In this document: positions 14,866-24,937 of the stretch, piece after piece
Position numbering within the stretch: position 1 is the stretch's first letter
How the letters are laid out: the number at the start of each line of letters is the position of its first letter
DNA from: Patescibacteria group bacterium
GTDB lineage: Bacteria; Patescibacteriota; Minisyncoccia; UBA10092
DNA: 64,000 nucleotides
Direction: 5' to 3'
NCBI GenBank assembly: GCA_043812515.1
Contig: JBDRMC010000004.1
Location: 724-64,723 of the forward strand
The notes under the pieces: model-generated
Told to the model about the DNA's origin: nothing
Seen by the model: only the letters and a program-made list of their open reading frames with translations
Database searches by the model: none
Translations under genes and position numbers: made by a program

Positions 14866-15881
14866 CTCGTCTTTTAATTTTAACATCAGCATCTTTCGCA
14901 GTGGCATTTTTTGCTTCGCCTTTGCTGACCCATTTTTTATTTAAATACAAACTGGGCAAGCAAATCAGAACCGAAGGAGTGCCGATTTTTGCAAAAATGC
15001 ACGGCGTCAAAGAAGGCACCCCGACCATGGGCGGCATTTTAATCTGGGGCACGGTTTTATTTTTGGCAATCGGTTTTTGGCTCCTCTCGCTTTTTTTTGA
15101 TGGTATTTTCGAACACCTTAATTTTTTAAGCCGTTCCCAAACATTCTTGCCTCTAGGCGCTTTAGTTTTTTCCGCCATCTTAGGATTCGCGGATGATTTG
15201 CTGGGAATTTTTAAAATCGGGCCGAAGGGCGGAGGATTGTCAATGCGCTATAAACTTGCTCTCTACACGATTATTGCGGCTATCGGCGCTTATTGGTTTT
15301 ATTTCAAACTGGAATGGAATATTTTCCATATTCCGTTTTTGGGCAATTTTGTCGTTGGTTTCTGGTATATCCCGATTTTTATTTTTATCATTGTTGCTAC
15401 GGCGTTTTCCACCAACGAAACAGACGGATTGGACGGGCTTGCCGGCGGCGTTCTTTTATTTGCTTTTGCGGCGCTTGGCGCGCTGGCTTTCAGCCAACAT
15501 CACTATGATTTGGCGGCCTTTACCAGTGTCATAATCGGGGCGCTGTTGGCATTTTTGTGGTTCAATATATATCCGGCAAGGTTTTTTATGGGCGATACCG
15601 GCGCGATGTCGCTCGGCGTTACCTTGGGAATAATCGCGATGCTTACGAATTCCGCGATGCTCCTGCCTTTGTTTGCCATTATTTTAGTTTTGGAATCCGG
15701 TTCGGTTATTATTCAAGTTTTATCAAAAAAATTCAGAAAAAAGAAAATTTTTCTTTCAACTCCCATTCATCATCATTTTGAAGCTCTCGGCTGGCCGGAA
15801 ACAAAAGTGACAATGCGCTTTTGGATTATTTCCGCCGTCACCGCCGCCATCGGCCTCATCATCGGCCTGTTGGGGAAATAA
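14853..15881 (+). CDS. mraY: phospho-N-acetylmuramoyl-pentapeptide transferase
   Basis: GTPTMGGILI, NETDGLDGLAGG, FMGDTGAMSLG and PIHHHFE motifs. Polytopic. Confidence 0.95.
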   Translation: MGEITRLLILTSASFAVAFFASPLLTHFLFKYKLGKQIRTEGVPIFAKMHGVKEGTPTMGGILIWGTVLFLAIGFWLLSLFFDGIFEHLNFLSRSQTFLPLGALVFSAILGFADDLLGIFKIGPKGGGLSMRYKLALYTIIAAIGAYWFYFKLEWNIFHIPFLGNFVVGFWYIPIFIFIIVATAFSTNETDGLDGLAGGVLLFAFAALGALAFSQHHYDLAAFTSVIIGALLAFLWFNIYPARFFMGDTGAMSLGVTLGIIAMLTNSAMLLPLFAIILVLESGSVIIQVLSKKFRKKKIFLSTPIHHHFEALGWPETKVTMRFWIISAVTAAIGLIIGLLGK

Positions 15882-15904
15882 CCTAATATGGTACAATTCA
15901 ACCA

Positions 15905-17464
15905 ATGCTTGATATCCTAATTAAAAACGGGATAGTGGTTGACGGGCTCGGGACGCCGGCGTATCACGCCGATGTGGCGATAAAGGACGGGAAGATTAAA
16001 AAAATCGGTTTCTTGGGCGAGCCAAGCGCCGAAACAACAATTGACGCCACCGGTCTTTATGTCGCGCCGGGGTTTATTGATATCAACAACGCATCCGACA
16101 GATATTGGACTTTGTTCAACCACCCCAATTTGGAAAGCCATTTGTATCAAGGCGTCACCACAATTATCGGCGGTAATTGCGGCTCGTCATTGGCGCCGCT
16201 GACTACCGGCGAAATTATTCTGAATATCCAAAAATGGGCCGACACCAGCCGGATTAATGTTAATTGGGGGGCTTTAGGAGAATTTTTTGAAGAGACAAAA
16301 AAGAAAGGATTAATGTTGAATTTTGGCACATTGGTTGGCCATTCAACTTTGCGCCGCGGCATTGTCCGCGATGAATTTCGCAAATTAAGCGAAGAAGAAT
16401 TGTCACGGATGAAAGAGTTATTGAAAGCTGGTTTACAGGATGGCGCGTTGGGTTTTTCTACCGGCCTAAATTATTCTCATGTTAAGATGGCGTCTCAAGA
16501 AGAAATAACAGATCTGGTTTCAGTCCTAAAAAAGGGACAAATTTACAGCACTCATTTAAGAAACGAAGAGAAAGGTCTGTACGAAAGCGTTTTGGAAACG
16601 ATTGAAACCGCCAAAAAAACGGAAGCGGGCGTTGAAATTTCTCATTTCAAAGCGGTCGGTAAGAATAATTGGCCGGTTTTTGAAAAGTGCTTGGAAACAA
16701 TTGAAAAAGCCGCGGAAAATATTGATATAAATTTTGATATTTATCCCTACGACTTAACGGCGACGGTTCTTTACACTCTTTTGCCCGATTGGGTTGCCAT
16801 CGGCGGCCGCGCCAAACTGGTTGAGAATTTGGAAAATAGCGAGTTGAAAGCGAAAGTTATAAACGAACTTCAAGGCAGAGAAAACGAATTCAAAAAAATA
16901 ATTGTGGCATCCGGAAATATCGATAAAATTTTTGTGGGAAGGACGGTGGATGAAATCGCCAAAAATCAGGGCGGGGGAGTCATTGAAACCATTATCAATC
17001 TTTTGCTCGCGTCGGAAGGAAAATTAATATGTTTTTGGCCGGCGCTTTCCGAGGAAAATTTTATCAAAGCCCTGAAAAGCCCTCTTTCCATAATCGCTTC
17101 GGACGGCGCGGCGTATAACTCCGCCGATGCCAAAAGCGGGTTTCTGCCCCACCCTCGTTCGTTCGGGTGTTTCAGCAGGGTTTTAAGCCGTTATGTCAGG
17201 GAAAAGAAAATTATAAGCATTGAAGAGGCAATCAAAAAAATGACCGCTTTGCCGGCGCTCAAAGCGGGGCTTTCTTATCGCGGCGCCATTCGGCCGGGTT
17301 ATTTTGCCGATATCGCAATTTTTAATTCGGAACTTATTAAAGACATGGCCACCTTTGAAAATCCATTCCAATACCCCATAGGGGTCAACTCTGTAATTGT
17401 TAACGGCCGAGTTGCTTTGTCCAAAGGCCAGATTAAAAATAAAGCCTTGGGTCAGCTACTGTGA
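15905..17464 (+). CDS. D-aminoacylase-family amidohydrolase homologue lacking the HxH motif
   Basis: MLDILIKNGIVVDG...DVAIKDGKIKKIG...APGFIDINNASD, where HTH is expected. Retains GGNCGSS, STHLRNE, ISHFKA and IASDGAAY. Sits in the murD position. Confidence 0.75.
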   Translation: MLDILIKNGIVVDGLGTPAYHADVAIKDGKIKKIGFLGEPSAETTIDATGLYVAPGFIDINNASDRYWTLFNHPNLESHLYQGVTTIIGGNCGSSLAPLTTGEIILNIQKWADTSRINVNWGALGEFFEETKKKGLMLNFGTLVGHSTLRRGIVRDEFRKLSEEELSRMKELLKAGLQDGALGFSTGLNYSHVKMASQEEITDLVSVLKKGQIYSTHLRNEEKGLYESVLETIETAKKTEAGVEISHFKAVGKNNWPVFEKCLETIEKAAENIDINFDIYPYDLTATVLYTLLPDWVAIGGRAKLVENLENSELKAKVINELQGRENEFKKIIVASGNIDKIFVGRTVDEIAKNQGGGVIETIINLLLASEGKLICFWPALSEENFIKALKSPLSIIASDGAAYNSADAKSGFLPHPRSFGCFSRVLSRYVREKKIISIEEAIKKMTALPALKAGLSYRGAIRPGYFADIAIFNSELIKDMATFENPFQYPIGVNSVIVNGRVALSKGQIKNKALGQLL

Positions 17465-18567
17465 AATTTAACAAAACAAAACCGAAAAATATTGACCGAA
17501 AATTTTTGATAGTTTTGGGATTGATTTTAATTTTTGGGCTTTTCGTGCTTTTTTCCGCTTCATTTATAGTGGGCGCGAAAAAATTTAACGACCCGAGTTA
17601 TTACTTGAAAGAACAATTTTTAAAAGGAATTTTAATTGGCACGCTTGGTTTTGTGATTTTTTCAAGAATATCTTTGGAGTTTCTTAAAAAATACAGTTTT
17701 ATATTTTTAATTTTTTCTGTAGGGCTTCTTATTTTGGTTTTTTTGCCCAGCTTGAGTTTTTCGCATAGCGGTTCAACGCGCTGGCTTAGTCTGGGTCCGC
17801 TCACTTTTCAGCCGGGGGAAATATTAAAACTAACTTTTCTTATTTACTTGGCTTCTTGGCTGAATTCCCGCCAGGAAGATATAAAAGGATTCAGTGGCGG
17901 CCTTTTGCCGTTTCTTATTATTATCGGAATCGTGGGCGTTTTGCTTTTGATGCAGCCGAATATGGGCACCTTCAGCGTAATCGCGATCTCGGCGGCAGCC
18001 ACTTATTTTGCGGCGGGCGGCAGATTGAGCCATTTATTCATAACGGGCATAATCGGCATTATCGCTTTATCCGCATTTATTTTTTTCAAACCTTACGCCG
18101 CTCAAAGATTTGAAGTATTTTTGAACCCTCAAAATGATACTTTGGGGGCGTCGTACCAAATCAATCAGGCGCTTACATCCATCGGCATCGGCGGCGTAAC
18201 CGGCATAGGCATTAACAATAATATTGTTTCGCCATATCTTCCGGAAACAATCGGTGATTCGATCTTTGCGGTTCTTGGCGAAAAATTGGGGCTTTTTGGC
18301 GTAAGTTTTTCAATGACGCTGTATTTATTATTCGCCGTTTTTGGCTACAAAATTGCGATGAGAAGTCCGGACTATTTTTCCAAACTTTTGGCGACCGGCA
18401 TTACCACTTGGATTGTGGCTCAAAGTTTTATAAATATGGCGGCGATTTCAGGCTTGGCGCCCTTAACCGGCGTCCCTCTGCCGTTTATGAGTTATGGCAG
18501 TTCGGGACTTATTGTAAGTTTAATGGGCGCCGGAATTATTGCTAATATATCGCGATATTATGATTAA
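17461..18567 (+). CDS. ftsW: SEDS-family protein FtsW
   Basis: Polytopic, 368 aa, PLPFMSYGSS signature. GTG start overlaps the upstream stop. Located between the mraY-adjacent gene and murG. Confidence 0.85.
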   Translation: MKFNKTKPKNIDRKFLIVLGLILIFGLFVLFSASFIVGAKKFNDPSYYLKEQFLKGILIGTLGFVIFSRISLEFLKKYSFIFLIFSVGLLILVFLPSLSFSHSGSTRWLSLGPLTFQPGEILKLTFLIYLASWLNSRQEDIKGFSGGLLPFLIIIGIVGVLLLMQPNMGTFSVIAISAAATYFAAGGRLSHLFITGIIGIIALSAFIFFKPYAAQRFEVFLNPQNDTLGASYQINQALTSIGIGGVTGIGINNNIVSPYLPETIGDSIFAVLGEKLGLFGVSFSMTLYLLFAVFGYKIAMRSPDYFSKLLATGITTWIVAQSFINMAAISGLAPLTGVPLPFMSYGSSGLIVSLMGAGIIANISRYYD

Positions 18568-19699
18568 AATATTGTTGACGGGCGGCGGAACGGGGGGACA
18601 TTTATTTCCTTTGGTCGCCGTCTCAAGAAAATTAAACGAAATTTGCCGCGCTGAAAATTCGGGCGAACCGGAGATTTATTATCTGGGGCCGGGATTATTT
18701 CTTGAAAGCAGTTTGGAAAGGGAAGAGATGAATTTTCACTATTCAATTTTGATGACCGGCAAATGGCGGCGCTATTTTTCTTTCAAAAATTTTACGGATT
18801 TATTTAAAATCGCGATCGGCATAATCCAGGCGTTGTGGAAAATGTGGTTCATAATGCCCGACGTGATATTTTCCAAAGGAGGCTATGGCAGTATAGCGGC
18901 GGTTTTAGCCGGCTGGCTATATAGAATTCCTATCATAATTCATGAATCTGACAGTGTTCCCGGCCTTGCCAACCGTTTGCTTGCCCCGTTCGCCACTTTG
19001 CTCGCAGTTTCTTTCAATGAGGCGGCGAGCTATCTTCCGGAAAAGAAAACGTATTTTACCGGCGAAGCCGTCAGAGATTCGTTTTTTGAACCGCCAGAGC
19101 CGGAAAAAGAGCACGCTATGCTCCATTTAACCACTAAAAAACCGGTAGTTTTGATTCTCGGCGGTTCGCAAGGCGCTCAAAAAATAAATGATATTATTTT
19201 GGATATTTTGCCGAATTTACTGGAAGCGGCCGAAGTTATCCATCAAACGGGGGATAGTAATTATAATGGTGTAATAAGCGAATCAGGGGTGATTTTGAGA
19301 GGCCTAACCGGCGAACAATTGATTTCATATCATCCGGTAAATTTTTTGATTGAACCGGAATTCGTGGCCGCCATGCACTCGGCGGATTTAATTATTTCCA
19401 GAAGCGGCGCCGGAACTATTTTTGAAATTGCCGCTTCGGGGAAAGCCGCCATCTTGGTTCCGATAACCGATTCGCCCGGCGACCATAACCGCCGCAATGC
19501 CTATGTTTTTGCCGATAGCGGCCGCGGCGAAGTCATTGAAGAGGCCAATTTAACGCCCAACTTGTTGATTTCGGTGATTCGTTCTATATTGAGTAATCCT
19601 GAAAAAAAGAAAGCCATGGAAGAAAAAGCGAAAAAATTCGCCACTCCCGATGCCGCCAGATTAATCGCTCAAGCGCTGTTAAATTTAATTACGCGTTAA
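18560..19699 (+). CDS. murG: UDP-GlcNAc:lipid I GlcNAc transferase
   Basis: MIKILLTGGGTGGHLFP N-terminus and GGSQGAQ motif. Start trimmed from 18539 to ATG 18560. Confidence 0.9.
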   Translation: MIKILLTGGGTGGHLFPLVAVSRKLNEICRAENSGEPEIYYLGPGLFLESSLEREEMNFHYSILMTGKWRRYFSFKNFTDLFKIAIGIIQALWKMWFIMPDVIFSKGGYGSIAAVLAGWLYRIPIIIHESDSVPGLANRLLAPFATLLAVSFNEAASYLPEKKTYFTGEAVRDSFFEPPEPEKEHAMLHLTTKKPVVLILGGSQGAQKINDIILDILPNLLEAAEVIHQTGDSNYNGVISESGVILRGLTGEQLISYHPVNFLIEPEFVAAMHSADLIISRSGAGTIFEIAASGKAAILVPITDSPGDHNRRNAYVFADSGRGEVIEEANLTPNLLISVIRSILSNPEKKKAMEEKAKKFATPDAARLIAQALLNLITR

Positions 19700-19700
19700 T

Positions 19701-21179
19701 ATGTCTTTTTTAGGGTCTTTATTCGGAAAAGAAATTATAAGAACAAGGTTTGCCCCGAGCCCGACGGGCTTGTTCCATATCGGCAATGTCAGGACCGCTC
19801 TTTTTAATTTTTTATTTTCCAAAAAAAATGGCGGGAAATTCGTTTTACGAATTGAAGACACTGACACCGATAGATACAAGCCGGAATATGAAAAAGATAT
19901 TATTGAAACGCTTGCTTGGCTCGGCCTTCATTGGGACGAGGGTCCTTTCAAACAAAGCGACCGCAGCGCTCTTTACGCCGGGTATCTCAAACAACTTCTT
20001 GAAAATGGCGGCGCCTTTTATTGTTTTCACAGCAAGGAATTTCTGGAACGGGAACGCGAAAAACAAATTCAAGACAAAGAGATTCCCGCCCATAATTGTG
20101 AATTTAAAAAAGTGCCATTGAGAAATTCGGAAAAACGCGTTTTTAAAGAAAGCGCTATTGTGCGTTTCAGAATGCCGGTTGATCTGGAAGTTTCATTTAT
20201 AGATTTAATCCGGGGAAAAATTAATTTTAATTCAGGCGCTTTGGGAGGCGATTTCAGTTTGGCCAAAACGGAGGGTCCCGATAAATTTTTACCGCTTTAT
20301 AATTTCGCCGTTGTTATTGATGATTTTGAAATGAAAATAAGCCACGTTATCAGGGGAGAGGATCATATTTCAAATACCCCCAAGCAAATACTAATTGGGC
20401 AAGCGTTGGGTCTGCCGATACCCAAATTTGCCCATTTGCCGCTTATTTTGGGCTCGGATAAGTCAAAACTATCCAAGCGGGAAGCATCCGTTTCCGTGAA
20501 CGAATATCGCGAAGCCGGCTATTTGCCGGAAGCGCTGTTGAATTTTATCGCTTTGCTCGGATGGAATCCCGGCACGGATGAGGAGATTTTGAGTTTGAAA
20601 GAATTAATTAAAAAATTTGATTTAGGCAAGGTTCAAAAAAGCGGAGCAGTTTTCAATACTGAAAAACTGGATTGGCTCAACGGCTGTTATTTAAGAAAAA
20701 TGACTATTGATGAGCTGGCGAAAAAAGCGATTCCATTTTTGGGAAAAGATGGATTGATAGATAAAGATAATTACGATTTAGATTATATAAAAAAAGTTTT
20801 AATTCTTGAACAGCCGCGTTTAAAAAAATTGGGAGAAATAGGGGAGAGACTAGCGTTCTTTTTTAAACCGCCGAAATACGAACCGGAACTTTTGATATGG
20901 CGCGACATGCTCTTTAAAGATATCGCGGTCTCATTAAACGTAACTCAAAGCGCTTTGGATCAAATAAATGAATCCGAATTTACGCGCGCCCATCTGGAGG
21001 AAATTTTGTTAAAAGAAGCCGAAAGGGCGAAAAATAAAGATAAAGGACGACTGCTATGGCCGCTAAGGGCCGCTTTAACCGGTTTAAAGGCCTCGCCGGG
21101 GCCGTTTGAGGTTCTTGAGGTCTTAGGGAAAAAAGAAAGTCTCGCGAGAATAGAGGCGGCTATAAAAAAATTACTCTAA
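19701..21179 (+). CDS. gltX: glutamyl-tRNA synthetase
   Basis: RTRFAPSPTGLFHIGNVRTALFN (HIGH region) and KLSKR (KMSKS). Confidence 0.9.
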   Translation: MSFLGSLFGKEIIRTRFAPSPTGLFHIGNVRTALFNFLFSKKNGGKFVLRIEDTDTDRYKPEYEKDIIETLAWLGLHWDEGPFKQSDRSALYAGYLKQLLENGGAFYCFHSKEFLEREREKQIQDKEIPAHNCEFKKVPLRNSEKRVFKESAIVRFRMPVDLEVSFIDLIRGKINFNSGALGGDFSLAKTEGPDKFLPLYNFAVVIDDFEMKISHVIRGEDHISNTPKQILIGQALGLPIPKFAHLPLILGSDKSKLSKREASVSVNEYREAGYLPEALLNFIALLGWNPGTDEEILSLKELIKKFDLGKVQKSGAVFNTEKLDWLNGCYLRKMTIDELAKKAIPFLGKDGLIDKDNYDLDYIKKVLILEQPRLKKLGEIGERLAFFFKPPKYEPELLIWRDMLFKDIAVSLNVTQSALDQINESEFTRAHLEEILLKEAERAKNKDKGRLLWPLRAALTGLKASPGPFEVLEVLGKKESLARIEAAIKKLL

Positions 21180-21183
21180 AATT

Positions 21184-21519
21184 ATGAAAACTTTAATAAT
21201 TGTAGCGATAATCTTAGGAATTGCATTTCTTTTCTTTGTCGCAAAAGCCGAAAAGTCTCTGATTATAACGGGGAATGAAGTAATGCCGGCGGGCCTTACT
21301 GACGTGCCAAAAATGCTTTTAGATAAAATTGGTGGGATAAGTTCTAAAATATCGGGCAACGGAAAAATTGAAGATTTAGTTAATTTAGAGTCAATCTCTG
21401 CCGGCAATGTAGTTTCCGGCGTAAAAGATTTTATTTCCGGAACAATAAATAAAATAACAGAAACAATAAAAGCTCCGATAGAGGATAAGGTCAACGAAAT
21501 TCTTTGCCCTCAAGAGTAG
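21184..21519 (+). CDS. hypothetical secreted/membrane-anchored protein
   Basis: 111 aa with an N-terminal hydrophobic signal-like segment LIIVAIILGIAFLFFVAKA. Confidence 0.6.
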   Translation: MKTLIIVAIILGIAFLFFVAKAEKSLIITGNEVMPAGLTDVPKMLLDKIGGISSKISGNGKIEDLVNLESISAGNVVSGVKDFISGTINKITETIKAPIEDKVNEILCPQE

Positions 21520-21585
21520 TCGTATGTCGCAAAATGGATATTGTCCGACGTGTTTACAATCTAAAAATGGCTACTCCCCTATAAA

Positions 21586-22245
21586 TCACTGTACGATTTT
21601 TGGTGAAACAACAAAACTTATTTCCCATTTGCTTGGGTTTTTGGTGTAAGCTTTAAAATAATAAGTGCCGGGTTTTCTAAAGGCCTGAAATTTATGGGTT
21701 GTTTCGCTATCGCCGGAAACCATTGTATAAATTAGTTTATCAGTCCCCTTTTCATAGACTTTAAGTTTGAAATAGTCACTTTCTATGGCTGGTTTAGGCG
21801 GGATTACATTTGGCGCCCAATAGGCAAAAGCTTCCACTCTCCAATATTCTCTGTCAAAAGTAATTTCGGGAAGGGCGCGGGGATTATCGGAATCGTTTGA
21901 ATCGCCTACCATGGTCAAATTCATACTAAGCCATGAAGTCATAGGTTCGGGTATAGCTAAATAAGGGTCTTGGGGAGGAACAACCGGCGCCGGAGGCGCC
22001 GGTGCTACTACAGGGACTGTTATTACAGGAGCGGCAGTTTGAGGCGCGGCAACAGTTTCTTTTGTCGCGTTTCCTGTTGTCTTAGCCCACGGGAAATTTT
22101 CCAAGTCAGCTACTACCGGCGCGTAATAAGTTTCTTGATACGCGATAATTTCTGTATTTAAAGGCGGCGCGACATTGGGCCTGTCAGCGCCTGTTGTAAA
22201 GAGACTTGAGATGGAAGCCAAAAGTGTTGCGAACCAATTTAACAT
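21586..22245 (-). CDS. hypothetical secreted protein with Pro/Val-rich linker
   Basis: Signal-like N-terminus, APVITVPVVAPAPPAPVVPPQDP linker, beta-rich C-terminal domain. Confidence 0.65.
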   Translation of the reverse strand: MLNWFATLLASISSLFTTGADRPNVAPPLNTEIIAYQETYYAPVVADLENFPWAKTTGNATKETVAAPQTAAPVITVPVVAPAPPAPVVPPQDPYLAIPEPMTSWLSMNLTMVGDSNDSDNPRALPEITFDREYWRVEAFAYWAPNVIPPKPAIESDYFKLKVYEKGTDKLIYTMVSGDSETTHKFQAFRKPGTYYFKAYTKNPSKWEISFVVSPKIVQ

Positions 22246-22280
22246 ATTGTTAATTTAATAATACTACAATAATTTAATTT

Positions 22281-22685
22281 TTAAAACCCGCAATTTTGCG
22301 CCGGCTTATATCCCTGCATTTCAGCCTCTTCTTTGGTGCTGAACCAGATGATGTTTTCTTCATTTATTCTATTTGCCGAGGGGCAACCCTTCGGGTAATA
22401 GGCCGTACCGTTTATTGAAGCCATAAAATTACCGCTTGCTTGCGCCGTAAATGCGGGCAGGCCCGCTTGCGCTGGTAAGCCGATTTTGGCATTTTTATCA
22501 ATAATAATCTGCGACGATTCGCCTTTTTTTACCAGAAATCCTATCCCCAACCCTGTCAAAAAAACCAGTGTCAAAACAACCACAACAAACAATTTATTTG
22601 ACTTTAGTTTGATATCCTGATATATTGATTCGGTAATTTTCAATTTTGAGATTTTAATTTTTAATTTAAAACATGGCTCATACAA
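22281..22685 (-). CDS. membrane-anchored protein with Ada-like/'sunset'-type C-terminal motif
   Basis: TM helix [22 protein letters not shown]-terminus [37 protein letters not shown]. The tracked TTG start overlaps the rpmA start by 13 nt, so the true start may be further downstream. Confidence 0.6.
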   Translation of the reverse strand: MYEPCFKLKIKISKLKITESIYQDIKLKSNKLFVVVVLTLVFLTGLGIGFLVKKGESSQIIIDKNAKIGLPAQAGLPAFTAQASGNFMASINGTAYYPKGCPSANRINEENIIWFSTKEEAEMQGYKPAQNCGF

Positions 22686-22945
22686 AGGCGGCCGGTTCCA
22701 CTAGATTAGGCCGCGAATCACATTCAAAAAGATTAGGCGTTAAACTCTTTGACGGCGAAAAAGTCGAAACCGGAAATATTATTATTCGCCAAAGAGGTTC
22801 CAAGTGGCTTCCCGGCGCGAATGTCAGAAGGGGTAGCGACGATACTCTATACGCCTCAAAAGCCGGCACCATAAAATTTTCTACCAAGAAAATCAAGCGT
22901 TTTGACGGCTCAAGGCGAATCGTTAAAATGGTTAAGGTTCAATAA
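22673..22945 (+). CDS. rpmA: 50S ribosomal protein L27
   Basis: [29 protein letters not shown]...[10 protein letters not shown]. Confidence 0.95.
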   Translation: MAHTKAAGSTRLGRESHSKRLGVKLFDGEKVETGNIIIRQRGSKWLPGANVRRGSDDTLYASKAGTIKFSTKKIKRFDGSRRIVKMVKVQ

Positions 22946-23369
22946 CTATTTGAAGTTCCGCTTCCATCCCCTGCGGCAGTTTTATTTTTATTTTGTGCTC
23001 GCCCAAAGTTTTTATCGGTTTTGATAAAATCTGGCTTTTTTCTATTTTTATATTATTTTTCTTAAGTTCAACCAGCAAATCCGCCGGCGTAACGGAGCCA
23101 AATATTTTTCCCGACTCCCCTATCTTCGCTTTCAAAGTTAATTTTATTTTTTCTATTTTTTCTTTCAGATCCGTGGCCGACTTTTTTAAGTCCGCCGCAA
23201 TTTTCTCTTGTCTGTTTTTTTCCATGTCCAATCTTTTTGCAACTTGAGAGGTTAAAATTTCCGCCAGTTTATTTCTAATAAGAAAATTGCGGCCATAGCC
23301 GTCGCTTACGTCTTTGATGTTCCCTCTCTCGCCCAAATCCGGCACGTCTTTTAATAACGCAACTTTCAT
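22932..23369 (-). CDS. rplI: 50S ribosomal protein L9
   Basis: [36 protein letters not shown]. Confidence 0.9.
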   Translation of the reverse strand: MKVALLKDVPDLGERGNIKDVSDGYGRNFLIRNKLAEILTSQVAKRLDMEKNRQEKIAADLKKSATDLKEKIEKIKLTLKAKIGESGKIFGSVTPADLLVELKKNNIKIEKSQILSKPIKTLGEHKIKIKLPQGMEAELQIVIEP

Positions 23370-23370
23370 T

Positions 23371-24609
23371 TTATTTATTTAACATTTTTTCTAAAACTTC
23401 AACGGCTTTATCCAATTGCGGGTCATGTCCTTTGGCAATATCGTCTTCCGTTACGGCTACATTATAATCCGGCTCGAGACCCGATTCGGAAATTGAATAT
23501 TTTTTGGGTGTGAGCCATTTGGCCACTGTTACTTTAATTGAAGAATCATTGGCCAGATTAATCAATTCTTGGACGGAACCCTTGCCGAATGTTTTTTCGC
23601 CTATAAGTTTGACGCCGCGGTTATCGCGCAGGGCGCCGGCCAAAATTTCCGCGGCCGAAGCAGTTCCCTGATTAACCAGAACAACAATGGGATAATTTTT
23701 TAAGGCTCCCAAACTGCTGGCTCTGAATTCCGTTGTTTTATTTTGGCCGTTATCGCTCCCAAAATCTTCAATTGCCACAAGATCTCCCGTATTAAAAAAC
23801 CATCCGGCGATATCAACAGCCACTTCAAGGTAGCCGCCCGGGTTGTTTCTTAAATCCAGAATTATACCTTTATAGCTTGATGTGGAAAGGATTTTTACCG
23901 CTGATTGTTGAAAATCAAACGGGGCGGTTGAAGTGAAACTGTAAAAAGACAAATGCGCTATACTATTGTCTTTCAAGGCCTCTACTTTGGTTATGGGAAC
24001 TTTTATTACCGCCCTTTCAAGAGCGATGTCTTTCATTTTGGCGTCATCGATATTCTTTAAGATTGTCAGGGTTACTTTTGTTCCCACTTCGCCGCGAATT
24101 TTTGAAACGGCTTCTTCCACCGATAAGTTATCGGTAGATTCGCCGTTGATTTTTAAAATTTTATCGCCGGCCGCAAGCCCGGCCCGTTTGGCCGGAGTGT
24201 CCTCCAGGGGCGCTATAATAACCAAGATGTCTTTTTTCTTGCCGATTTCAGCTCCAATGCCGCCAAAACTTCCGCCGACATCTTGTTTGAAACTTTTTGA
24301 TTCTGCCGGTGGAAAGAAAACCGTGTACGGGTCCCCCGCTCCTTTAACCATTCCCGAGATAGCGCCATAAAGCAAATTGGCGTCGGTCAGTTTATTTTTA
24401 TCTACAAATTTATTATGAAGTTCATTCCAGGTATCCCAAAAAAGACTGAAATCAAATTTTTCCGGTTTGCCGAATTCTTGGTTGATAATTCCTTGAATCG
24501 AATGAGGCAACTTGTCTATAGAACCAAGAATAAAACCGGCACCAAAGGCCGCCATTACAACTACCACAATGGTTGCCAGATAAGTATATTTTTTGTTTTT
24601 GTCAGCCAT
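23371..24609 (-). CDS. ctpA: carboxy-terminal processing protease (S41) with PDZ domain
   Basis: TM anchor, PDZ (PAKRAGLAAGDKILKINGES), LDLRNNPGG and GTASAAEILAGAL catalytic-Ser region. Confidence 0.85.
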   Translation of the reverse strand: MADKNKKYTYLATIVVVVMAAFGAGFILGSIDKLPHSIQGIINQEFGKPEKFDFSLFWDTWNELHNKFVDKNKLTDANLLYGAISGMVKGAGDPYTVFFPPAESKSFKQDVGGSFGGIGAEIGKKKDILVIIAPLEDTPAKRAGLAAGDKILKINGESTDNLSVEEAVSKIRGEVGTKVTLTILKNIDDAKMKDIALERAVIKVPITKVEALKDNSIAHLSFYSFTSTAPFDFQQSAVKILSTSSYKGIILDLRNNPGGYLEVAVDIAGWFFNTGDLVAIEDFGSDNGQNKTTEFRASSLGALKNYPIVVLVNQGTASAAEILAGALRDNRGVKLIGEKTFGKGSVQELINLANDSSIKVTVAKWLTPKKYSISESGLEPDYNVAVTEDDIAKGHDPQLDKAVEVLEKMLNK

Positions 24610-24646
24610 TAGTTTTTATGATATATAAAGTGTATATTAATATAAT

Positions 24647-24937
24647 ATGGCAATTACGACCAAACATCAACTTTTAGCTTGGGATTTGGTTGAAGGCTTG
24701 GGCGATGAGGCGCATAAAGGAATATATTTTCGGCTGGCCAAAATATATGATGAAGCGTTTTTGAGAGAAATTTTAAGCAATGTTAAAGACGCGCGCAACC
24801 AAGGAAGAATCAAAAGCAAAGATTGCGGCCGGTATTTTATGGGGATACTAAAAAAAGAATATGCCAAAAATATTAAAAATATTGCAAGAAAAAAACCCGA
24901 TTTTAAGAAAAAAAGCGGAACCGGTAAAAAATCCTGA
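24647..24937 (+). CDS. hypothetical protein (96 aa) with Lys-rich tail overlapping def
   Basis: ATG ORF. The last 77 nt overlap def in another frame. No family recognised. Confidence 0.5.
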   Translation: MAITTKHQLLAWDLVEGLGDEAHKGIYFRLAKIYDEAFLREILSNVKDARNQGRIKSKDCGRYFMGILKKEYAKNIKNIARKKPDFKKKSGTGKKS

